In this document: in pieces, positions 1 to 12,453 of the stretch | How positions within the stretch are numbered: the first letter of the stretch is position 1 | How the letters are laid out: every line of letters starts with the position of its first letter | DNA from: Azolla caroliniana | Lineage: Eukaryota; Plantae; Polypodiophyta | NCBI GenBank assembly: GCA_043228905.1 | Contig: JBHGNT010000016.1 | Location: 1,612,001-1,676,000, forward strand | Reading direction: 5' to 3' | DNA length: 64,000 nucleotides | Translations under genes and position numbers: made by a program | The notes under the pieces: model-generated | What the model was told of the DNA's origin: nothing | Database searches by the model: none | Seen by the model: the letters and a program-made list of their open reading frames with translations, nothing else

Positions 1-129
1 TGACCAACCGATGGGATGAAGGCTAATGGGGGGGGGGGGGGGGACCGATACAAGAGGTCGGGATCGGTGGGCGGTTCTATGTCAACCCATCATCTGGTTG
101 GGAGCTTGGGATATGGCAGAGATTGATGG

Positions 130-3100
130 ATGGGACCCAATGAGTATGCTAATAAAGGAACATTTAAGACCTCCTCTTTTGCATGGGGTCCTCTTTCCAT
201 GGGGAGGTGTCACGATCACATACATGAAACACCCTCCCCTGTTCCTTTTCTTCATGGAAAAAGAAAACCATGGCAGTTCATCCATTCCTTCTCTTCTTCT
301 TCTTCTTCTTCTTCTTCTTCTTCTATGTTGCATAGAAAGGTAAGAAATGTGAGAAGAGAGCAAGGAATTGGAATACCCTCCCCTCAAGCAATCCCTGCCC
401 ACATGGCTTCTCCAAAGCCTAGGAACAGAGAAGTAACATCAAGGTACAAACTCTCCCCTTCCCCTGCCCCTGTTTCCAGAAGGCTCCCTACTCCTCATAC
501 CCTACATAAATCAATAAACTTGAGCGATGCTCCTTCTCTACCATTGAAAAGATCAGTCTCTGCTGAGAGGAGGAGGAGTAGGAACCCATTTTCTCTAAGT
601 AATGTTGTTGAAAGCAAGTTTTCTAAGAGCCCCTCCCGTGAAGCTTCCATTTTGGCTGATCCAAGAAGGTTCTCAGCATCGAATGAGGTGCTTTGGCCCT
701 CCATGAAGCCTTTCTCAGGTGCTTTTTCATGTGACTTTTCAGCTTTGGGTGTGTCCAAAGGATCACATTTGTGCCCAGCAGTTGGTCAATCGAAATTGAG
801 GCCGGTTGTGAATGGAAAATCCAGGTATGTCTCTGATCAAGCACTTAAACCTTCGGCAAATGTGGTGTCAAAGGCCCATGATTCTCGGGGGAAATTGGTA
901 TCGGAGCATAAGTCTATATCTAGGTTGTCACAAAATAGGGATCAATCAGAGAATGCTCAGCCGCGAGAGAATGATCATATGGTCGAACATGGTGATGGCG
1001 GGCAAGGAGGTAGGCATGGTATCAGGAAATCATTGAGTGGTAGTAATAGTAGTTGTAGTATAATGAAATTGAGGGGATCAGGGGCGATGGCTAGAAGTGT
1101 AGACTTCGCATCCTCAAGAGAAAAGTCTCTCAATAATAATAGTAGACAATCTTCGACATCTGGGCAATCGAAAACGAGTTCACGCCGAGAGAGCGTACCT
1201 CGATCCTTGAGCTCTTCTCGGGCTCATCAACAACCTTCTCTTGACGAAAGGCCAGTTAATTCAGCCAAGTCAAGGTCCGAGAGCAGGAAAGAACATTCCC
1301 TCAATGAAGGGGCTGCCACCCCAAAGAAGACAAGGTCCGAACATAGGGGCCGAATACAAGATTCTCCTCGAAGGGTGAGTAAAGAATCTGATAGAGATTC
1401 TCTACAACATGTTAAAGAATGTTGTAAGAATTTGGTATCGCTTGTGAGCTCGCATCCAAATGAACTTTTAGTGCTCCAGTCAGCAAAGCATGGCGGACAA
1501 GCTCTAGACCTGTCATGCAATGAAATGATAACACCAACTTATAATGCCTTGGACACCCGAAACGTATCATCAGGTGGGATAACTTCAATCGCATCACGTT
1601 CAGGTTTGTTGACACCTGGAAATGTCGTCAGGGCTAGAGTTGGAGGGACTACAATGTCAGCCTTGTATTCACAGGATACCACAGGAGAGAGATTACTCCC
1701 AAGGCTTAAGTCTTCAGGAAGTCCACAAAGATCCAACACATTCCTCAATGGAGCCATCTCATCTCCTTGGTCGATCATGTCGAATCGTCCGGTTTCAAGC
1801 TCTGTGCCACCTCAGCAACCTCAATCTCCAGTAAGATCCTCTCCTTATAGGAATATCCCTAGTCCATCAAAAGTAAGAGGAAGGCAACACGTGATGCAAA
1901 GCTTAACACAGACTAGTAGTGCTGCGGTGATGCTTAACTTTGGGGCTGATATGAGGAAAGGAAAGAAGGGATTGAATCAATTGGATGAAATCCACTTACA
2001 CCGCATTCTTCATAATAGGTTGATTCAGTGGCGGCTTGTAAATGCAAGATCAGAAGTGGCAATGAATGCACAAAACTTTGCTGCTGAAGTAAGTTTTGCT
2101 TCCATGTATGTCTGTATCAGTATGTGTCAATCATTCAACTCATATTTTTCCAAGCCATGCTTGTTCCTAAGTAGTTAGAAAAATACTGTGCATGCTTATA
2201 ACTTTGCTGTAACATTTAGATGTGATAAAGACAATCAATTCACTTATACTGAATCCTTTTTTTTGTATCACCGGTCAGAAAGCTTTATACAATGTGTATG
2301 TGAGGATATTTGAACTCAGATATTCGGTAACAAAAAAGAAGGCAAAGCTGCACCAAGCAAGACGAGCTCGGAGGCTGAATGCATTGCTTTCTATTCAAGT
2401 AAATCAATTTATGTATTCAAAGAGTTAATTGGCATTTATTTATTGTGGATATGATCCAAGACGCTAGTTTGGAAAGGGTTAAAAGCACTTTTGTCAAAAT
2501 TGTGTAATTTGAGTGTTTGAATGTTTCATAATGGCCACACAGGAATACATATGTAAATGCAAGTCGAGAGAGGTTATAATCGCTTTTGTTGAAAGGTTTA
2601 ACGTAAATGTTTGAATGATCAGAATGGCGATATGGATTACGAATTGCAAATTGAGAGAGAGAGAGAGAGAGAGACTTATATTTTGGTAGAGCACCATGTC
2701 TAGACTTTGTGCTTTGGTTGAAGTGTTGAGTCTCTTATGATTATTATTGCAGTCACCAATGCTTGAGGATTGGTTTAGCTTAAAGGATGAGCATATGGTT
2801 GCTTTGAAAGATGTCGTGAAGGCTTTAGAAGCTGCACTGTTACGACTCCCGGTGACTGGTGGCATCAGGGTAATAAAATTTTTTCCCATGTAAATAGAAA
2901 GTTAAGAGCTTTCATTCACACACCGGATAGCAACAAAAAATATACACAGGTTTAATGGAAGCTTCAAAACACACAGAGAGTATACGGGAGAGACAGAGAG
3001 AGCAGAACAGCAAAACTGAATTTCAAAAATACCACTCTGTATACATACAATGTCCTACAAAACACTTTTTATACAAGTCCATATATATATTATGTATGTA

Positions 3101-3646
3101 TGTGTTTATAACATGCATTTATGTATTCAGTCTTTATTTATTTATTTTCAGGCTGATACTCTTGCAGTTAAAGCTGCCATGATCTCTGCATTTGATATGA
3201 TGAATCTTGTCGAGAAATCTGTCACTTGTCTATTGCCGAAGGTATAGTTGAATCGTGTCTAAAAATCTGAGTCTGATGCAAATTTCCATTCTTCATAAGA
3301 TGTCTTACTCTCGTCATGCTACTTGTCTTTTGTTCATGCAGACCGAAAAAATCAGTTCTTTGATTTCTGAACTAGGCCTTATAGCTGCTCAGGAAAAGGT
3401 ATTATTGGAGGAATGTGCAACTTTGCTCGCAATGATATCTGCATTAGAGGTGAGGTGGCTTTGCATTTTCATTTGGTGTGTTTGGGACTATGGTTTTATA
3501 TATTGAATCCAATGAAATCATGCTTGAGAGATGTGGTCTTCCAGGTAGAAGAAAGAAGCATAGAAACCCAATTGATCCAGTGTGAGCATGAGAAAATTCG
3601 TGTTCTCGGTCATTTGATGGATACTTCGGCCCATATACGGAGATAA
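130..3646 (+). CDS. QWRF-motif / AUGMIN subunit 8 family (DUF566) microtubule-associated protein, 6 exons
   Basis: Exons 130-2088, 2279-2398, 2753-2869, 3152-3241, 3342-3449, 3545-3646, all GT-AG and in frame (831 aa; 740 aa if ATG 403 is used). N-terminal REVTSRY motif, long Ser/Arg-rich region, then RILHNRLIQWRLVNARSE, LRLPVTGG and LEVEERSIETQLIQ, typical of QWRF proteins. Start codon uncertain. Confidence 0.9.
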
Positions 3647-5149
3647 AATGATCATTTCCTCCACTAAACCAAATGTATGCATCCATGCTAGGTTGCATGC
3701 TTATCTTCATCCCAAAGTTGCTATGTAAACATAAGTATACATGTGCATCCTCATCTTCATTCCAACGTTGGTGTTAGAATATATGTATGCCGATCTTCAC
3801 TCCAGACTTGGTATATGTGAAATTCATGCATGCATGTCTTCAGTCCAACCATATCAGGTGCAAAATTGGGGCATCTCAACTCTTGAGCAAGCTTGGGTTA
3901 CCTGGCCTACATGACGTTGTAGGCGTTAAGGATCTTCATTATCACATTTTTTGTGAACTGCAAGAAAATGGGGCTCACACAACCGATAGATCCATTTCTT
4001 GGGTTTAACTTGATGTAAATATACCATCGAGAGGGGCATTTGAGTGGCTTCTCAAGCTTTATTCAAGGCTCGAGTTTACACATCTTGATCAATTCAAGAT
4101 TATCGATCAAGAAATTACCACTCTTGGCCACTTTTGGAGTTTCTTCTTTGAGTGTTGTATATATTTATCAGTCTCTGCTCAAATTTGTACCGAGTGGAAA
4201 TGGACAAAAAGTAAGATTTGAACTGGTGGCATGGTAGGTAGATTGAGCTAACTGTGAGCATGTATAGGGAGGGTTTTTCTCAAATTTATATATGTTTGGA
4301 TTACATACAAAAGGGAAACTTCTCTGCCACTGTCTTTTGATTTTGTGATATTGAAGGTTCAGATGTATGCATATAGGCACATACCCGTAGGCATTGTGGA
4401 TTACCAATACCCCGTTTTTAACACATTTGTTCTGACCCTGAATCATCAAGGTTTCATGGTTCATATGTACTTGACCATGTTTGGCATGAACTATCTCCGA
4501 TGATCATTTGAAGATAGGTACATCAATGAACAAGGTTGAACGGTATGCATTAAATGGTAGAAAGTCAAATGGGTATGTATGTGGAACCCATATCCATTGA
4601 AGACAAAGGGCCAACCATATGGGAATGTGATAGCTATGTTCATCTAATTGCGATGCCATAGGTACACAAAGCTTGCTTCGAAAGACTTCATCACCTAAAT
4701 AAATTCATAAGGTCGTTTCAATATGTTGACTTGCATGTGGATATACTAATAAATTGTGATGTGTCAGGTTAGCACGTCTCATCTTCACTACAAGGGACCA
4801 GCCATGTCAATATCAATGAATTGAAAATCATTTGATTATCTACAATTACATTGTTCTATCATACTGAATATAAAATGCATGCATAAATCTATACATTCAC
4901 ATTCATGTTTTTTCTTAAGCTATTATGGAAAAATCGGAATATAAGGATGGCCATTCTTTTTATGCAAAAGATATGTTACATGTTCGTATGTAAGTATGTG
5001 CACATGCACACAATTATGTACACGTGGACATAGGCACTTGGATATTTAGAATGCAATACGTGCGTGTGAGAGTCAAGGATGATATGCATTAGTGATGTGA
5101 TGTTTTTAACAAAGAAGTCTATCACCTTTCACATTGATTATTTCAATTA

Positions 5150-6720
5150 TCCATGGTTCACATGTTCCTTGCTCCAATGTCTAGTTAAAATCACTTATAT
5201 GGATATGGAGGCAAGCATTCACAATTGGTAACAATCATCCCCTTGAAACACATTCAAAATCAAATAATTCTCAATGCAATCACGTGTGCTTGAAAAAGGC
5301 CAAAACATTGCATAGGCATGGCCATATTGAATATCCAGTCAAGGACAAGTACATATGGAATTGGAATTGGTATGTTTATATTTGGGGGACATCTTTCTAG
5401 TAAAATTTAACTTATGTTACCATGCATTGCAAGCATGTAAGATGCAAAAGATACCACTCCCATAAAGAAAAGATTAAAGCAACAATAATGCAAACATGAT
5501 TGAAGACATAGGATTATAGAACCATATTTTATTGGGCCCAAGTTCTCAAATAATCAATATACCACCAATTTGACATACCAATTACAACAATAATAGATCT
5601 ATGCTCCCACACAAAATATTATACTTTGAATGGTATAAAGTCAGTAATATCAATGCCATTAGATATGGATGTTGAAAATAGGTGACAATACTTCTCATTA
5701 AAAACTTCACACTTGGGCTCATTCTTAAATGAAGGCATTTTGTATAGTATACTATAGCATGCTATGTGGAATGTACCTAAGCATCTTGCCATGCAACACG
5801 CTACAATTAGGAGATCTTGATTTGCTTGTGATTTATTGGAAAAAAATCCATTTTGATGATAGACATAAATTTGTATATAAGGTGTGCTCTCATTTCTTTG
5901 TAATAGTCTCATTGTTTCATGCATAGAATTATGTTTTTTTCTCGCGTTTTTACCTTAAAAAATGTTTTACCTTATAGTAAATAATGAATACAAAAGTATG
6001 GTATTTGCCATACTGGAATGTGAATGCACGTATGGTTCATACTATGGAACTTTCATGAATGATGAAAGTATCACATAGTCTAATTTGGTGATGAATGATC
6101 CAACTAGTACGACCAAGCAGGTGGATAATATTGATATACTTGAGGGAAAAAATTCTAAAAATAACCAACTATAAGTTAATGGTATGCCATCGCTCATATT
6201 TCATAACATTCTCGTTCCGTGCATAAAAATGAATTTGTTTTACATGCATGAAGGGAAAGCAAAACACTTATGTGACAAAATACATAAATAAGCATCTAAG
6301 AGATAATAATATAGATATGCAAGATCAACATTGCCCATGCAACAACAATAACGAATAAGAATGATTTAAGGAAAGACTTTGGATGCAAATCGAAGACAAA
6401 GAAAAATAAGGAATAGTATTGAATGACAAAAGTATGTTTCTTTGATTGAAAGTGCGATTGAGGCTATATATATCCCAAGAGTAATATTTTAACGATTATT
6501 TCCCCACATAATATGTTATGAGCAATCAACTTCAAAGAGTAGGCATTGAAAACTCAATAATTTGTGGTTATTATCAATGCAACGTCGTATTGCTTGAACA
6601 TGTCCTACCACCACATAGTGTGGGCATATTGTGCAGCATCCAATTATTTTGGAAGAGTCCTTATCAAGTAAGGTTCTTCCAAAAGCTTTAATCTTCATTA
6701 CTTTTTTGCGTTTCTAACAT
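5150..6720 (-). mobile_element. Possible highly decayed Mutator-like (MULE) transposase remnant
   Basis: Frameshifted minus-strand peptides: SFWKN..FQNNWM..WW*DMFK..TTNY*VFNA..LK (~6530-6690) and CTCP/DWIF/WPC (~5310-5355). These resemble the MULE catalytic region and SWIM finger. Recognised by eye only; boundaries approximate. Confidence 0.3.
5922..6046 (+). mobile_element. Partial copy of the hAT-like MITE seen at 48002-49252
   Basis: Shares ttaccttaaaaaa..tttaccttata.taaa.aatgaatacaaaagtat..ggtattt.ccatac...gaatgcacg.atggttcatactatg with 49083-49252 and ends at the same terminus CATACTATG. Confidence 0.7.
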
Positions 6721-9062
6721 AGGAGTCTATGACTTACATTTTCTTCAAGAATTTAGAAAATGTAAAGAAATTTGAAAACCTTATTTAAAATGAGAGTTAT
6801 GACATGAGTGGGCCGGGCCCCTCACCAAGAAAACGCATGATCTCCTAGCACGTTCATCGAGTACATGCAAACTAGGAATGTGGGCCATTGTCCCATGTGG
6901 AAGTGGTTGGATAAATGTCATACTTGATTTTATTAAAGTAGCTCTAACTTGAAGTACGTACTAAATAAAAAGTCTAGAACCAACTAACTTTCTTAGATCT
7001 ATCAAAATAATAGTTCACTCTCTTTGTTATACTTGCACATACAATCATCAAAATTCATGTTGATATATGATGTTTCCCACACGGTCTTGGCTATGCTCGT
7101 ACGTCCTTATCCGATTGGATGTTAACTCAAAAAGGTTTCTTAATACACATCACGATGGCTTTATAGATCAAGTATGCCCCAAAGTCTAAGAGCTTATGAA
7201 CTATGCGGCTAGGTTCAATAGGTTCTAGGAGTCTTTTATAAATCCTAAAGGTTGCAACAAAGAGATGCTAGAATTAACTATTGCAAAAGTATGAGAAATT
7301 CATCGGGCCTCTAAGACATTATTAATTGTTTGTGGGCCTGCATTATGGAGTGTTTTTAGACCATTCATTTCTTGTAGAAACAATGAGGTAATGATACTTT
7401 GTAACTACAAAGTATATGACATGTTATCATGTTTATCCAAATGATGATTTCATGAAAAGAAAAAAACATAAATGAATATTTGTAAGAAGAAACCTCTTGG
7501 ATCATACACTCGTCTTAAAGTTTTATAAAATGTCATTTTCAAGCTACGGAGATGGGAAAAACTTATTACCAAGTTTTCTTAAAAAGGGAAGTTGGGCAAT
7601 CATAAATATCTTTGTAAACCTACTGTTTTATTGTCATCTCACTCGTAATTTTCATCATGCAAGGGCATTAGATGTTTCTACGGATCAATGAGCTAAGTCT
7701 ATTGGTGATAGCCGGAGGGTGAGGAATTAGTAGCGAATAAAAGAAGGCATTCAAATTTCGTATATTTCTTCCTAACTAAAGAAAGCCTAAGAAAATGGCC
7801 GTTTTATATTCTTAAGGATGTTTTGTGTGTTTAAAAATTGAATGTTTAATTGAATTTAGTGATGCAACTTTAGGATGGATGATGGTGGAGACGCGGCATG
7901 GACCGTTTCGTTCGGTTGGGAGTGAGCGCTTTAGTGTCGATCATGTTTATTTCTCAACCCTAATCTATAACCATGGTATTAAAGATTATCGACTTACGAA
8001 ATTAGGTTAGAGGTTCAATTCCTTGGGAGTTTTTGGAAACTTGATCATAATACAAATTTCAACGAACATGAATGAATCGTGCCAAAAGTATGTGCTCTAT
8101 TTATGACCCCATGTTGCTTTATTTTTCTATGCTCTAGATCATATAAATACTCCTTTGAGGGATAGGTGGGCCTAAGAGAGGGAGCGAGTTTGTGTAATAA
8201 ATTCATAGTAATCACGTGCTTTTGTGACAAGTGTGTTGTGCTTACCACTCCGCAACACATTATTTGAGGGCTTGCAATCTTGATTAGCAAGGGGACAAAA
8301 ATGTTTGGCTTTGGCGCTGACACAAAAGAAAATTTTGACAAAGCTTTACGATGTCAATTCTGTTTTTTTAGAGAGAAAGGTTTTTGTAGGGACTTCGGTG
8401 TCATGAATACACTACATGTTATGCTTCTAGGGTAGTGTGTTAGGGGGGTGGTTACATTATGATAATCTCAAAGTGTAGAACATGCAAACCGAAGTGAAAG
8501 CATGACACATTGAAAGGACTTCAAATCATAGTAAAAGAAAAACAGATCGCATGTTAAGTAAGTTCCCGGAATCCTACATTTCGAGGGACATAGTGCAAGT
8601 GTAGATGCTCATGGTTGTGAACAGAGAAGATTTTTTATGATTGTTTCAGCTTCGGCATGGCATCATCGTTGCTTTTTGCAAAAACGTCAAGGGGACCTAT
8701 TGAATGGCCTCTTCTCAACCAGAATATAACAATTAAACAAGACATTTCCTTTCCCTAGGAGACCGCCAAACCGATACACCCATGTGATGATTTGCTTGTA
8801 ACATATGTGCTTTCAAGGCGAGGACTTCTTTTCTTTCTCTTTTTTACGCGGGAACTTCCACCATGAGTATCGAGTGCCGTTTTTTTGCGTGGGGCTCGAG
8901 ATTGTGCGGATAATGTTTCATTGGTTGGACCCACGGGCATCTATCTATCTCTCTCTCTCTCTATCTCAAGTTCTTATTATTTTTTTTAACTTTCGATGAA
9001 TGCTTTCTTTCTCTCTCTCTCTTTTATTATGGGTAAATACCCCATTTTTGTTGTAAACCAAT

Positions 9063-9131
9063 TGTCTCATGGGCCAATTATGGTCTTAGAAGACGTTAAT
9101 ATATCTTTCTTTCTTTCTCTCTCTCTCTCTC
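9063..9131 (+). repeat. Dispersed ~55-bp repeat with TC-rich tail, copy A (probable retroelement 3' end)
   Basis: tgtctcatgggccaattatggtcttagaagacgttaatatatctttc; related copies at ~32163, ~33437, ~47814 and ~52494. Confidence 0.6.
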
Positions 9132-9140
9132 TTTTATTGT

Positions 9141-9334
9141 AATTAACTTACCCTAGTCGTAAGTCGATAACACTACAAACACTGTCTCTTGGGTTCGAAA
9201 CCCAATTTCCTCACCTCTCTATTATATACTTCATCTCAATTTCACTAGATGCCACTGTGGAATGTAGGGGTTGAACCCATGACCACCTGGTCTCCATTGG
9301 GCGACCTTATCAACTGAGCTACATCCATCTGGGC
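9141..9334 (-). mobile_element. tRNA-derived SINE-like element, copy 1
   Basis: Minus strand reads gcccagatggatgTAGCTCAGTTGAtaagg...ggtcatgGGTTCAACCCCtacattccaca: Pol III A and B boxes at tRNA spacing, a degenerate cloverleaf, then a ~110-bp non-tRNA body. Flanked by (CT)n. Confidence 0.7.

Positions 9335-9336
<2 letters not shown>

Positions 9337-9381
<45 letters not shown>
9337..9381. repeat. (CT)n microsatellite between the two SINE-like copies
   Basis: Direct reading of sequence. Confidence 0.95.
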
Positions 9382-9384
<3 letters not shown>

Positions 9385-9386
<2 letters not shown>

Positions 9387-9568
9387 AATTAGCTTACCCT
9401 AGTGATAAGTTGTTATACAACTAGCACTACATCTTGGGTTTGCAACCCGATTTCCTTACCACTATTATTCCATATGTACATATATCCTCTTAATTTACTC
9501 GGGGTTTAAGTCATGACCTTCTCGTCTCCATTGGGCAACCTTACCAACTGACCTACATTCATCTGGGC
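9385..9568 (-). mobile_element. tRNA-derived SINE-like element, copy 2 (more decayed)
   Basis: Aligns end to end with 9141-9334 (cttaccctagt..taagt, cttgggtt....aaccc.atttcct.acc, gtctccattgggc.acctta.caactga.ctacat.catctgggc). A box TAGGTCAGTTGG retained, B box degraded. Confidence 0.65.
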
Positions 9569-9770
9569 TCTCTCTCTCTCTCTCTCTCGCTCTCTCTCAT
9601 GATTCCAGGAAACTACATACGGGCGGGTGGGTCAAGAAATTGGGCGTGCGCGTGAACATGTGGACATGGTCTTTTTCTTGCCATCCACTCGGAAAACAGT
9701 AGAAAAAAGACAGGGAAGAAAAAGGATTGAAGGCAAAATAAGAACATTCCGTCGGAGGGATGGACGGGAA

Positions 9771-9826
9771 TTTGACGGCGGCTAACGGGCGTTTGACGGC
9801 GGCTGACGGCCGTCAACGTCAGCCGC
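9771..9826. promoter_or_regulatory. Cluster of five TGACG (as-1/TGA-type) motifs upstream of the WRKY gene
   Basis: TGACG at 9773, 9794, 9804 and CGTCA at 9811, 9817. Includes a 21-bp-period direct repeat and a 10-bp perfect inverted repeat. About 700 bp upstream of the WRKY ATG. Function inferred. Confidence 0.45.
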
Positions 9827-10516
9827 TCTCTCTCTCCCTGCCTGCCATGTCTTCTTCTTCCTTGCCTGTTCCTCAGGCACAGAAAAAAGGCCCCATTAAA
9901 GAAAAAGAAACAGAAGAAGCATATAATACCCCAGGAATCCAGGCTAAAGCAGAGGTAACACAGAGATGAGAGAGATCCCTACTTATCCACACACCAAATC
10001 CATTCCTCTCTCTCTCTCCACCTGCGTCTCTGCCTCCTTCTCATTTCAGCCAACAAATCATTAGGAGTTCTGCCCATCCCGCTCTCTAATCCACCGCCTA
10101 ATCCCCCTCCTAATCCCCCCCGTAGATCTCATTGATCCCCGCACCCCATTGCCTATCCGACGCCTAATTATGTGCACCACATGTCATTAGGGCTTTCTAA
10201 CAGTATCCGATCCTTAACCATTCTGATTATCACCCCAATCATCATCATCATCATCATCTAATGAGAGCTTTGCACCAGATCTCATGAGAGCTTTGTACCA
10301 GATCTCAGTTTGAAAAACCTCCTTTTTTTCTGTGTGTGTGTGTGTGTGTGTGTTTGTGTCATGAGTAAATTTGGCTAGTTTCTCTGGAGCCATGATCGGA
10401 TTACTACTGAATATGCATCTGATTTCCTTCCTTCCTTTCATCGTTTGATCGAATAATATACATACTGCCAGTTAGTTACATCATTACTATTAGTGGTCAA
10501 ATAAAACAAATTTAGC

Positions 10517-12453
10517 ATGGCGAACTCACATCCGGCTGAATTATTGCTGCCAAATGATCAATTTCTTTACTGTCAAGTAATCAGTAATACTGACAATCAT
10601 GAAGCATCCGATCTAAGTAGATCCTCGCCTGATACTTGCTCAGCAGCGCCGGAATATTCTCCTGGGAGCATTAAGAGAGAATATACTTCCCCTTCAGAAT
10701 ATTCCCCCTCCACGAACCACTCTTTGGGCAAGCGAGATTCTCCGACAACCGAATGTCCACTGGATTCCCCTGATAGCATGAAACAAGATTTAGATTCCCC
10801 ATCGCCTGCCATGATGTTATGGGCGGCAGCTGCCGGTGGTGGAGATTCTGACTCTAATAATTTAACAAGCAAGCACACTGGTGGTAACATAAAAAAGAGG
10901 TATAATCATCTACTGGATCGAAATGTTTATGTTTTGAGAGATTTCATGAGAGGGATCAACTATGTTCACCAATTAGTTAATGGCACTAATTAAACTATAT
11001 GCATAAATTAATGGCATAAATTAAACTATATGCATAGATTCATGGCATTAATTAAACTATATGCATAGATTCATGGCATTAATTAAACTATATGCATAGA
11101 TTAAGGAAGGGATTAGCTTTTCTTTGATTATCTTTGTGTTGCAAATTGATGCTGATTACTTTCATATGTATGTATGGACGTATCTAGGTTAAAGGCCCAA
11201 CAGAAGAGAGTTGTTTTGGTGCCATTAATGGGACATGGAGATCATAACCTGATCAATGATCTGCATCATGGGTCGATGACTGTAAATAGAGTGCAGAAAG
11301 GTGAGCTCCCACCATCTGATACATGGGCATGGAGGAAATATGGGCAGAAGCCAATCAAAGGTTCACCATATCCAAGGTATAATAATCCCATTCATTCATC
11401 AATTCTGAATCACACATATGTATGTAGGTATGTATGTTTGCATGCATGCATGCATGTCTGTCTGTATGTATGTATGTATGTATGTTTGCATGCATGCATG
11501 CATGCATGTATGTATGTATGTATGTATGTATGTATGTATGTATGTATGCATGTTTGTATGTATGTTTGTATGTATGTTTGTATGTATGTATGTATGTATG
11601 TATGTATGTATGTATGTATGTATGTATGTATGTATGTATGTGTGTATGCATGCATGTATGTATGTATGTATGTATGTAACTTGTAAGTAATTAAGTACAT
11701 ATGTGTGTATGCATGTGTGTGTATGTACCATGCATGCTTGTGTGCATCATCATGTACACAAGCATATATGCATAGTGGTCATTAAATTAACTTGTAGTGT
11801 CCATCGTATGATGCATAATACCCATTCATCCAAGCTTAAAATGCCATCTGCTTTAATTGCCCAGGGGTTACTATAGGTGTAGTAGCTCTAAAGGTTGCTC
11901 TGCGAGGAAGCAGGTGGAGCGGAGCTCGTCCGATCCCTCGATGCTCGTAGTAACTTACACCTATGATCATAATCACCCTTGCCCTAGTAATCCCCACAAA
12001 TCTAATTCAAAATCGTTGATTACCACGAATAATGTTGTTGCCGCAACACCACAATTGAACTCGGATTATACAAAGCATCTAGGCGAGGAGGTTGATCCCA
12101 ACAACTTATTTTCCTCTATACTCAATACATCTCACACATTAGTGAATGACTCACAACTAGAGTCCACCTCTAGTCCTCTTGAATCCTTTATCAATCAAGA
12201 TGATGACTTGGAGAGGGATTCCAACATTCTATCAAGAGTATTAATGAGTACTCAACATGAAGAGGATGATCATGTATTTGATGATCTTGGGGAGCTCCCT
12301 GAAATATCAGCCATTTTCAACAAAGGTTTATGTTCTACGAAAGATCGACTCTTTGTTATTGTCAACGATGGCAGTATAAACTACGACGAAGATGATCACT
12401 TATATGAGCCGTGTGGATTTTTATGTGCTCCTTCTACCATGATTATGTCATAG
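10517..12453 (+). CDS. WRKY transcription factor, group IIe-like, 3 exons
   Basis: Exons 10517-10899, 11188-11376, 11865-12453 (386 aa). [22 protein letters not shown]|[20 protein letters not shown]...HNH (C-X5-C-X23-H-X-H) with the conserved phase-2 R-type intron, and an upstream KKR..QKRVV motif. Confidence 0.95.
10980..11102. repeat. 31-bp minisatellite x4 in WRKY intron 1
   Basis: Unit atggcattaattaaactatatgcatagattc. Confidence 0.9.
11417..11677. repeat. (TATG)n / (CATG) microsatellite in WRKY intron 2
   Basis: Direct reading; source of the spurious MYVC/HTYI ORFs. Confidence 0.95.

Noticed and set aside
7965-8030. Isolated B-box-like GGTTCAATTCC (another on the minus strand at ~15876-15886)
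   Set aside because: No convincing A box or cloverleaf; may be SINE debris but too short to call.
9255-9330. Functional tRNA gene
   Set aside because: Acceptor and T stems are mispaired, there is no clear anticodon arm, and it is joined to a repeated body. Treated as a SINE head.
11355-11731. Several overlapping ORFs (MYVC.../HTYI...)
   Set aside because: Translations of the (TATG)n microsatellite in a WRKY intron.
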